Shown here piece after piece: positions 25,290 through 34,927 of a stretch of 34,927 nt of DNA. This DNA comes from Catajapyx aquilonaris. Its lineage: Eukaryota. The stretch lies in assembly GCA_000934665.2 (NCBI GenBank), contig JYFJ02000987.1, forward strand, positions 62,001 through 96,927. The letters run 5' to 3'. How positions within the stretch are numbered: the first letter of the stretch is position 1; each line of letters starts with the position of its first letter. Under the pieces are notes generated by a model. That model was given only the letters and a program-made list of their open reading frames with translations. It searched no databases and was not told the origin of the DNA. The translations under genes were made by a program, and so were the position numbers.

Positions 25290-26010
25290 TATAGTGGAAC
25301 TCACAGGATCCACTGGTCTACAAAAATATTTTAAGAAAAGCAGTGGAATGCGACCGTCCACATAATTTCGCATCTACAATGTACACTCTTCATCTCGATA
25401 TGACGTCAGTATGACACTCCTTTGAAAACTGATCTCTTCCGTTCCGCACAGAAAAAAAAGTACTTGAACCAATGGATTTCATTCATTCTGGGTACAAGTC
25501 TCTGGCTGAAGTAGTCACTTACATCGTACACCCGTTTGACCCCACAAATACCAGTGATTCCGTACCAACTGCTGTGATTTCACCCTCTTTCAGCTGGCAT
25601 CCTCCGCAACATGCCACAACTTCACGTGTACTACAACTTAATGACGGATCCAATTTTAGACACCGCCAACTGTTTGCGCTACACCAACAACGCCAAAAAC
25701 CTACTACGTGCTTCAAGATATAGGCCCACCTAACGAGAAAGACAAGCGAAACCCTGGTAGCTTCCCCGTATGCAAATGCCGTCTGGCGCGTGTTCTCACT
25801 GCATGTGGCCAAAGCTCTGCGCTTTATCCCCGGTAATTAGATTAGCTAATTGACGGGGGACCTCCACCCGCTTTCGGGGACTTCCTCATTGAAGAGTCAC
25901 AATGGAAAAGGATCGTTATGGCGCAAAAAGCAGGCTGTGGTATTCATTACACGCCGGCCTCTAAGCACCCCGAGTGCCCCCGAAAGAGGACAACTAACTT
26001 TTTTGGGAGG
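25290..26010 (+). mobile_element. Degenerate Jockey-like RT C-half
   Basis: ISPSFSWHP (~LDxxLxWxxH), PYANAVW (~YGxxxW), KALRFIPG..DLHPLS (~KxLRxIxG..xLHxxL). Confidence 0.5.
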
Positions 26011-27159
26011 TCATTATTCAGTCCCAACATGCTCTCTTGCATTATACATTCACACCCGACACAGGTGACGTTTATTTGGGATGCGGTACTTGCATACGCG
26101 AAGGTACTGACACCAGATATTGGATTGCAGGATACATCAAGTGCAGGGTGGCTTCAGATGTCCAGATTTTAAAGCACTGTGCGGCATATTTGCAAGAGAA
26201 AAAGAACGTATACACAGTTGGTGATGTTAGGTCGTGATGATCAGCTTCACTATGACTGTCTTGGCTGCATGATCAATATTAAATTGAGAATAAGTGATTA
26301 ATCCTATGCAAATAATGGCTTAACCATTTGTCTCGGATAACGCGATCTATATCCTAACAAGACACAAGGTAGATTAAATAGGACCTCCACAGTAATTAAA
26401 TATGATGAAACAGGCACACAGGATGGTCAATAGCTCCTGCATAATAGACTGCAGCAGGGCGAACCCTTGACGTACAGTATTCAAAGATCATATATACTCA
26501 TTAAACTGTAGTCTACATCATTATTGGATGGAAGGCCCAGCCTGAGGTAGCAATCTGTTCCTCGTTTGGTCTGGTAGGCAACTCGCCTACCACCCTTAAC
26601 ATCCTGGTTGACTACCCAAGATATTCCCGCCTTTCCTCTCTACTTTCTTTCCCTCTCTCCATATATCCAACTATCTATCTTATTTCAGTCAGACAGTCAG
26701 AGCTGCTTTCGCTTCGTCCTACTCAAACACGACGCAGACTCCGTATAAATTATAGAGCATCTTCATATTGGAACTTCAATTATTGACTATCCTGTAGGCT
26801 ACAAATAGAAAATTAACATTATAACACAATCGATACGAAAACCACGTCCTACACAACTTGTCGCTTTTACATACAAAAATTGCAAAAATCTCATCCACGG
26901 AAATTCGTAATTATGGGCAAAATGAGGAAGTGCTAAAACACGCTGTTTTTAATATGATTGGCCGGTACACATTGCACAAATTACCGGGCGAGTTTTAATG
27001 TAATAACACGTCAAGCTCCATTATGGAGTTGAATATCATAGTTGGTCCTCATGAAACTTGAATTTGGAGTCAGGCATGAGTCTCCGGCTCTATACACGAA
27101 TCTGCAATAATACGTGCATGTAGCACAATATAAGTCTAAATCCTCATTCCCAAATTGGC

Positions 27160-28100
27160 AACTTCGTTTCCCGTGGGATCAACAATCCGCCTCGATCCGT
27201 TCAAACTCGGCAGCAGCAGGGAACGAAAGTGGCCATTCGAACGACATCTAACTGATTAGAGCAGACTGCTCGTCCCATGAGGAAGCAAGTCGTAAGAATG
27301 TGAATGCGACTTAAAATAGTCTCACGTTTTAAGATTATTTAACGTACATTACTACACTCACAAGACAGCCAAGAAAACGTACTAGAGACACAATTATTAT
27401 GAGACATAACAGAAATTATCACAGTTTGTTCTGCTTACCTAGCACTGTACTGTGGCTACACTGCACTTATACTTTATTAATCCAACTGTTCACAAGTGCT
27501 ACAGTACATGAATGGAAAGCATTTTTAACAGTAGAGCCCGCACCACAAAAATAGAGAGCAAAACCATTCACATTTCAACTGGAAAGTTCAGGACGCCTCC
27601 GTAAATGGAAGCGTATGGCATCACGCCTTTTCTGAGTAGGAGCACCCCCCTTAGCACACCCACCCACACTTTAAGTGCATTTCTAGCGAATCCTTCATCC
27701 ACATGCATCAGGTTCTAAGGCTAACCCACTTCTTCCTTCTGCATGAGCACCGAGAAGTTCCGGGCTCTTCAGAAAAGGGAAGTGATTTAGGGACGGCAGG
27801 GTCTCTCTCCTCGGAGAATCTTACATGGGCTCCCAGCCGACGATTACCCATAAAGAGGAAGATGAAAAGAAACTCAATCCGAGTGGAAAACGGGGGAGCT
27901 CGGGGGAATACTGCCAGCTCTCAGATGCAACAATAATAACGTCCAAAAGAGAGAGGAGGATCCTGGCAGGGATGCTGTTGGGGAATCAGCTTCACACGTT
28001 CAGTTTACTCATCAACATCTGGCGCTGATTTGGGCAAGTGTGGTTATTGGCAAAAGGCAATGGAATGTACTGTGGTCACAGAGGTACACTCTAGGCGCGT
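27160..28100 (+). mobile_element. Degenerate CR1-like RT/thumb
   Basis: ORF 27703..27936 SEKGSDLG..SENLTWAP resembles EKDLGVxIxxNLTWxxH. Confidence 0.5.
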
Positions 28101-28519
28101 GTCACTAGCTGGCCAGTACTGGGATGAGAAATCGTCAGTTGTGAAGAATATGAACCACAGAGCTGCGTGCTCTCAGCGTGGTATTGAGATATTCATGAAA
28201 ATATTTTGTCAGCTATATCGATCTCTTCGTCTAAAAAATTCATCGATGCCGTTAACCTACAAACTAACGGTGTGGGTGCATGAAGGATATCCTATATATT
28301 CTAGTAATGGGACTCTTCATAGAAGCACTATTTATACTAAGTTATGATCAAAAAATTTCTTCATTTATTTTCCCGAATAATTAAGTCCCAATTTATATGC
28401 TCACACATGTATACACATGATCCAATACTACAAGTAGTTCACGTCTTTTTAAAAGTCCACTTTTGCTCCACAGTTGTCACGTGAATAGCGTCGTATGACA
28501 TGCTTGTGACAAGTTGCAT

Positions 28520-29230
28520 TGTCGGCGATCGTCCATTCCATGCACCTGTCAAGCTGGCACATACCAAAGATGGATAGCAACCTCTTACAAGCTAACAGTC
28601 AGGGTAGGAACCTCCGCTGTATTTGGCTTATCCGCAGGTATGTGCGCATGTTTCCAACCGAAAAGGAAAGATCAACTAAGCTGCAAGACATTAGAGTCGC
28701 TAAATTATTCTTCCCAGCTGAGCTTGCATTACTAATTCCAAATGTCCCCGAAGGTAAAACGCTATCATTTCCTCCTCGATCCCTTCTCGCTCCGGAAATC
28801 TTTGGTATTTCCCTCCACATTCTTTTTCTTTTTAGCTCTGCCATTGGAATGCCTAATCTTGCAATTCAGGAATTGAAAGTGCGCCACTTTCGCGCTGGGT
28901 TAAAACTGCCTTACATCTGCAACCAGCTTTAATGGCATCGTTCCCGTGAAATTCGGACCCTCTCCTCTTTCTAGGATGGCCTCCGGCAGCGTGTACCAGA
29001 ACCTAATATCTGCGACTTTGCAGCCCGCTGGGAAACTCCGACCTCCTGCAACCGTTTCCACCAGATGAGTTTTCTCCAGCCTCCCAAAAGTTTCCTTATT
29101 GACACCGTGGATTGTGTCTCCAGAGCTTCATTTGCACTATTCAATGCCTGGAATATTCATAACTGTTCCACGCCGCAGGGGAACGGCCCCTCATTTAAGG
29201 ATCTCCTTGATATTTTGTTTCAAATTTCAA
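28520..29230 (-). mobile_element. Degenerate RTE-like RT C-half
   Basis: GVNKET (~INxxKT), IRFWYTLPEAILERG (~FxYLGSxIxxDG), RMWREIPKISG..DR..NDSVL (~MxxRRILKISWxDRxxNxxVL). Confidence 0.6.
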
Positions 29231-29939
29231 CTGGTGTGATGCTATATCTAAAAGCAAAAAAAGAGTAACGTTCTCCAGCGCAAGAATTCAAATTCCAGCG
29301 CAATATTACAACTGTTCCGCAAGTTTAGTGACATAATTAGAAGAAAAAAATGTTACGACTGGAGTAAACCCGACATCTAATGTAAAACTGTATCTACTTC
29401 ATACAACTTTAATGAATGTGGTTTTTAAATGTTTTTAACAACTCCATATTGCAGATTTTCACTGATACATGTGCGATGAAATGTACAGAGAAATACTGAT
29501 TCATTGGACGAAAGTGTAGCCCATCATCATCCATGCAGCCAATTTCAACTTTTCGGTGTTTCTTCACAAAAGATACAGGCTAGTAATGAATGACAGGCGG
29601 TAGGCTCCCACCCTCTGATTGGTCACGCCATGCCACATTATAATGGAAGTACTGTACATTTCCATCTAGCTCACGCTCAGGCAAATGCTTCGCTTAAGAA
29701 ATAACTTGCGAAGGAGGCCATTACTTCTGCTTCATGCTTTGAGAGTAGAACGCACTCATAGTTGTTTACATTCTCCCACCGTAATTTATTCCGGAGGTTC
29801 CAAGGTGTTTACATCCATGGCTCCACATAACGCCTCTTTTGAGTTGAATGCCCTCATTGATCGTATGCGATTTTAACGCCAGATTTATGGTGTATACTAC
29901 CCAAGTAAAAAAACAGAACCTATAAGGCGACCCTGTGAC

Positions 29940-30650
29940 ATGACCAGCCCACACTGGCCAGAGTCCGGAAATGTCGGGGACCACCCTCAAAAAACTGAGC
30001 AGTCAGCCGTTCCTTCACCTGCAGTGCGGATGCCTTTGGCCCAGACTACACACCCTGACTGTACCACGGGCCTGGTGCACATCCAACGTTCCAACAGCAA
30101 AAGTTTTACATATCTGGAATTGCTGACCTGTGCGGGCGTCAGCGACTCGGAACAGACCCTCCAGGCTGAGGTGTTCGCCCCAACACGCAAAAATTGCCAA
30201 CACAAAAAGAGCGTGGCAAAACCCCCCTTTTCACCCACCACCACCAGAAGCATCAGCATCAAGCAGCGCCCCTTTATGCAAGCTCGGATGGCTGGGTAGG
30301 AGTAGAAAAGCCGCGTTATCAACTTTGTCTGCAGTCAAGGCCCGAGTGACACGGTTGGAGGCCTCCTCTCACAGGAAGGCATAATGGGCGTGTCCAGAAA
30401 AGCCCGGAGACACTGGCCGGAGATCGAAATGTCAAGCTGCCGTGGCTGCCTGGAAACCCAAAGCGCCGTACGATGCTGTAGTAGTAGGATATACGGGAGA
30501 GATGCTGCGGGGCCCGGTTCAAGACGCATTCCGACCGGCTGCTGCTGCTTCGATGCACATTGTTTACGCCACATTCCACTGCTTCAATGTGTGCTAGCTC
30601 TATGCGTGAGTGGTCTGGATTCACGGCATACTTCATGAGAACCAAATTCC
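29940..30650 (-). mobile_element. Degenerate R1/LOA-like RT and thumb
   Basis: ORF 29987..30322 LVVVGEKGGF..CTRPVVQSGCVVWAK resembles LGVxLDxKLxF..VRPxxxYGxxVW. Upstream VECGV and GLQPCHS lie in the expected order. Confidence 0.5.
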
Positions 30651-31199
30651 TCGTTTGCTCGATATTTGCCTCTAATTAGGGAGAGTGGCTCTCCAAAAAA
30701 TTATCGGGCATCAGTGTATCGACACAGTAAGCAACAGTGCAATATTCAGCGTGTTATTTTAAAGCCCGGGAGGAAATTCTTGTACTGTAGAGCCAGGCAG
30801 AGAATTACGAAAGTCCAAACTAATTGGAATAATTCCTTCACAGCCATGTTATCAAAAATAAATACAGGCTCAAATACACATACCCATTCAAATCACAGCC
30901 CCCTTTTTAGCCCAGCACTTATCATTGTGAATTAGGCTATTCGTTATGAATTACATACTAGAAAATAATGACAACCATTTACTGTGAACATGAGCGTCAA
31001 CAATTGTTAATTTGTGCAGTACATTCGTCCCCGAATTTACGTTGGTAACGAAGCGAGTCGAGAATGACTACTCTAAATGCAGTTTTGCCAAACAAACAAT
31101 ATTAACAACGTATATTTGTAAACATGCAAGTCTCACGTCCCAGTACTAATTTCGAATAATTGAAAAATTTAGGACGAGTTCAAAGCAAACGCGGGAGGT

Positions 31200-31900
31200 T
31201 CAGTATCATACCTGATGAAAGAACAAGCTGCTATAATGCCACTCATCAGGTTTTAAGTCGACCTCTCCAAGCAGTTTCCGACTTCCCTGAGAATAATCCA
31301 CTTCACCAACTGCACACTGAGGTTCCTCCAAAACTACCTTTCCTGCGGCACTATTTTAAACAAACTCCTCCGTATTTGCGCAAGGTCTACCGGATCAGTC
31401 CGCTACGAAAAACGTCCTGAATCCTCCGGCAAGACGGCCGAGACAGACCCTGATTGTTAATCAATGGTATCGGTCCGAGTTGGCTTTGCACCTGTGGCTC
31501 CATGTCCACTCTGGCTTAGCCTCCTTCTCCTCGGGAACAACAAAATCAATCCCGACCACAGCTTCCCAATCGCAGCAAAGCCTCTGGCCAAATGCAGCAG
31601 CCCGAGGCCTGACTGACACAAACGGCCAATCCACTACACCCATGGAGCAAGCAGCCTGATGCTTCTTTGGGAACCCTTTTCCTAAGAGTCCCTTTGAATC
31701 CAGCCCCCTTGAAAAATTGCTCCGGATCTCCCTTCCTGTGTCCCGTAACCAACCCTAGCCTCTGAAGGTAGCAAAGTGGGTCCGATGCTGCCATCCCAGA
31801 AAGTGAGGGGGATGGGCAAGGTCTACGAGCACCAACTTATTCATCTTCATCCTATAGAACGCCTTTCGATCCGATAGGGTAGAACCGTCCTCCCAGTCAA
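31200..31900 (-). mobile_element. Degenerate RTE-like RT fragment
   Basis: SDPLCYLQRL..FFKGAGFKG..RVPKE (~DxIFxLxxL..FxDxKKAFDxVxRE), GVVDW..EKEAKPEWTWS (~GVxxxL..GVKQGxxLS). Confidence 0.45.
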
Positions 31901-32620
31901 TCTGCAATCGTGAATACTGAACACCTTTGAGACCAGCAAAGGAAAAGCCCCAGAGGATTTTCCGGCTGAGGTAGATGTTAGTTCAAGTTGATGTATGAAG
32001 ATGTTAGGGGCTAAAACAAATGTTATATCTGCGATATTGCTGAGAGGGTCCCGCCGATTTTTGTTTGCTTATCACATTTTCATAGTGGCATAATGCCTTA
32101 AAAGCCTGTATTTGTCTACCCTGCTTGAACAACCATAATAGCTGTGACATGGTCTGCAAACATGTCCTGTATACTCGAAGACACGCGACTGAAATTAATG
32201 CTTTAACATCTGTGGATTTGAAATTTAAGCACAGCTACTAGTGTGTAATTAAATTCAGTTAAAAATGCATACATGTCGCAGTGTTTATTCGAGAGTACAG
32301 TATAAAGTACTCGCTTTCAATGCCTGCAGAAATGGTTTCCCATTGTCTTCTAATATCAGCATATCCCACAATTTACAAAGGTCAAAGTTCCAGTTTCAAG
32401 AACATTTAATACCGCAAACGGGACACACTGAGAACTCTAATAATAGCGTACAAAAACTAACTGCATATGCTTCATTACGGTGAAATGAGAACCATTCGCC
32501 AATTTTTCACATTATCATCGCCAGTGTGGTCTTATAAATTAAGAAAACTTATATTTGCCTGATAGACTAGTACAATTTTGTGAATAATGTCATTATTTCT
32601 CTTCCTAGAAGCATTTCGGA

Positions 32621-33229
32621 TAACATTTTGGCAACATGGCCAATTCTACTAATTCGACCGTGCTGAATCCGAAAATCAATGTTGCCAATCTCTATTTTGA
32701 CCGGAAGTGCCAAATCTCGTGCCAAATTAAAGATGGCGGATATACATATGTTACATATGTACAATTTTACTTTTTTGACCAATTTCCGTGCATAACATTT
32801 TTGCAACATGGCCAATTCTACTAATTCGACCATGCTGAATCCGAAAATCAATGTTGCAAATGTCTATTTTGACCGAAAGTGCCAAATCTCGTGCCAAATT
32901 AAATATGGCGGCTACATATGTACAATTTTACTTTTTTGGCCAATTTCCGTGCATAACATTGTGGAAACATGGCCAATTCTACTAATTCGACCATGCTGAA
33001 TCCGAAAATAAATGTTGCCAATCTCTATTTTGACCGGAAGTGCCAAATTAAAGATGGCGGATACATATGTTACATATGTACAATTTTACTTTTTCGGCCA
33101 ATTTCCTTGCATAACATTTTGGCAACATGGCCAATTCTACTAATTCGATCATGCTGAATCCGAAAATCAATGTTGCCAATCTCTGTTTTGACAGGAAGTG
33201 CCAAATTAAAGATGGCGGATGCTGATATA
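32621..33229 (+). repeat. Tandem array of ~3.6 units (172, 161, 158 bp and a partial unit); left arm of a long inverted repeat
   Basis: Units start at 32621, 32793, 32954 and 33112 (TAACATT..CATGGCCAATTCTACTAATTCG..). Length differences come mostly from a 12-bp (GTGCCAAATCTC) and a 9-bp (TACATATGT) internal duplication. Confidence 0.95.
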
Positions 33230-33496
33230 AGCCGGGCCATTTCACCCAATTTTGATGCCGTGAAACGCAATATGCTCATTGTCTTACCGTTTGTTTTTGA
33301 GAGATATTACTTATGCGCAGTGCCTCATGTTGTTCATTTTATTCGTGATCTCTTGAGTTGGAACAACTTGCATTACATAGACACATTCTTGTGCAAAACT
33401 CAGCACCTTTAAGGCATATACAGAGGTTTCGCTTAGAGCAACCGCTTTTACAGCGGCAGACCGCAATTCCTGAGAGTTGTGAATTTGACTGATGTA

Positions 33497-34403
33497 CGAG
33501 GTGTGATCAAAAAGTTCCCAGACTGTGTTCATAAAACTATTAATATTTACTCTTTAAGTCCTAATTTCCACTGCCACCTTCAAAGTAGTTACCTTGGGCA
33601 CGTATATAACGATCCCAGCGAATTTCCCACTTTTGGAAGCACCCCAAAAAATTGGCTAGTGTTCAGCACCTGCTGCGATTTTGCTTAGAGATCTTTAGTG
33701 GAGTCAAAATGCCTCCTTTTCTACCCAAATTTCATTTTAGGGAAGAGGTAGAAATCACGTGGTGCCAGGACGAACGAATATGCAGGGTGTGGAACAGTGG
33801 TCATCTTGTTTTTTTGTCAGGAAGTCCCTGACTACACGTGAGGTGTGTGCAGGTGGCATTGTCATGGTGCCGCAACCAGTCTCTGTTCTTCCATATCTCC
33901 GGCCAATTGAGTCAAAATTGTCTCAAACCATCGTAGTAAGACTTGCCGTTGACAGTTTTACCATGAGGGAGAAACTCCATATGCACAATTCCTATAATGT
34001 CAAAGAAAATGATCAGCATTGAGTTGATTTTGCTGCGAACTTGGCGCGTCACTTTTGAAGCTGTTAACCCACTCATATGTTATTGCATGTCTTACAATCA
34101 TATTACTTATCAAAAGCCTTGTTCAGCATTCGGTGGGTTACAGCCGAAATTTTGTTGAGCTGGAAGCAAAATTTAATACAAATCCTTTCCTCCCTAACTT
34201 CAGCCATTTCGAAAAATCGCAGAATCACAAGAACACGGTGTGAATAAAACTGCCGAAACTCGGAAACATCAGCACGTATGAAGACGATATTTTTCAGACT
34301 AATAGCTGAAAGGTGCTCCTAGCTCCCCGTAGCGCCACAAGTTCGTATCTCCACTGGTTTGCACGGTATACCGAAAATCCGGGAACTTTTTGATCACACC
34401 TCG
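33497..34403 (-). mobile_element. Internally deleted mariner (Tc1/mariner) transposon, 907 bp
   Basis: TIR CGAGGTGTGATCAAAAAGTTCCC (23 bp perfect, ~28 bp with 2 mismatches) at both ends. TA duplication at 33495-33496 and 34404-34405. Transposase remnants inside. Confidence 0.95.
33561..34207 (-). pseudogene. Mariner transposase pseudogene (stops, frameshifts, central deletion near 34050)
   Basis: MAEVREERICIKFCFQL..YEW..FK joined directly to RQVRSKINSMLIIFFDIIGIVH..TVN, then HHDNA/PAH, PHPAYSFVLAPRDFYLFPKMK and RWDRYIRAQGNYFEG. The WVPHEL-type and first-Asp region is missing. Confidence 0.92.
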
Positions 34404-34407
34404 TATA

Positions 34408-34673
34408 CATCCAAAGATATCTGCTATATATTACTCTAGATACATAACTCGCTATCCCTTTCCATATAAGCAAAGTGATGCCAATCACGCCCATCAAAGT
34501 AAAGATTGCGTCATCGTTACTTTGGGCGGGGCGGCCCCTGTGCTGATGGGCGGGACCGCAGTGGGACGTTTCCAGGGGCGCGGGGCATCCCTTGAAGATG
34601 CCCAACTACGTACAGGCTTACTTTTTCTTAGCAGTTATGTATCTAGGGGAATATATAGCAGAAATCTTTTGCG
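34408..34673. mobile_element. TIR MITE (~266 bp), TA-flanked, superfamily uncertain
   Basis: 37-bp inverted repeat, 34413-34449 vs 34633-34669, with 3 mismatches (AAAGATATCTGCTATATATTACTCTAGATACATAACT). TA at 34406-34407 and 34674-34675. Exact termini are uncertain by a few bases. Confidence 0.7.
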
Positions 34674-34927
34674 TACATCAGCATCTGCCGTCGTGAATTT
34701 GGCACTTCCGGTCAAAACAGAGATTGGCAACATTGATTTTCGGATTCAGCATGGTCGAATTAGTAGAATTGGCCATGTTGCAAAAATGTTATGCACGGAA
34801 ATTGGTCAAAAAAGTAAAATTGTACATAATTATGTAACATATGTATATCAGCCATCTTTAATTTGGCACGAGATTTGGCACTTCCGGTCAAAATAGAGAT
34901 TGGCAACATTGATTTTCGGATTCAGCA
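34674..34927 (-). repeat. Inverted copy of the 32621-33229 tandem array (right arm, runs off the window)
   Basis: The reverse complement matches the same unit, including the inner-end sequence GATGCTGAT(A/G)TA and the inner-unit variant CTCTGTTTTG. Confidence 0.95.

Noticed and set aside
150..31900. Endogenous viral elements or an integrated virus
   Set aside because: No viral RdRp, capsid or glycoprotein motifs were recognised. Every interpretable patch fits non-LTR retrotransposon ORF2.
221..32483. The many 60-215 aa ORFs as host genes or exons
   Set aside because: They overlap on both strands, mostly track eroded LINE motifs or have compositional P/G/K/F bias, and form no consistent splice-site chain or recognisable host domain.
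32621..33229. CRISPR-like array, or repeated small ORFs (MANSTNST...)
   Set aside because: Units are near-identical along their whole length with no unique spacers and no cas genes. The ORFs are incidental translations of the repeat.

Overview
Eukaryotic non-genic DNA. It is probably from an arthropod, and one LINE-tail motif is reminiscent of ticks, but this cannot be verified here. I find no host protein-coding exon, RNA gene or prokaryotic feature. From ~150 to ~31,900 the window is a dense mosaic of about 22 extremely diverged non-LTR retrotransposon (LINE) relics in both orientations. They look RTE-, CR1/L2-, Jockey/I- and R1/LOA-like, and are recognised by eye from eroded endonuclease and reverse-transcriptase motifs in the short ORFs. 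A few much younger DNA elements sit on top: a PIF/Harbinger MITE (3663-3901), and at the right end a foldback-like element whose inverted arms are ~160-170 bp tandem repeats, enclosing an internally deleted mariner (33497-34403) and an adjacent TIR MITE. The most unusual signal is a kb-scale alternation between two sequence styles. GC-rich, homopolymer-rich, TpA-poor patches alternate with AT-rich, TpA/ApC-rich patches, and the alternation runs through individual LINE relics rather than following their borders. The relics are nearly saturated with substitutions yet keep frame and motif spacing. This suggests a patch-wise, context-dependent substitution process (inference, untested). Clade calls and relic boundaries are approximate.
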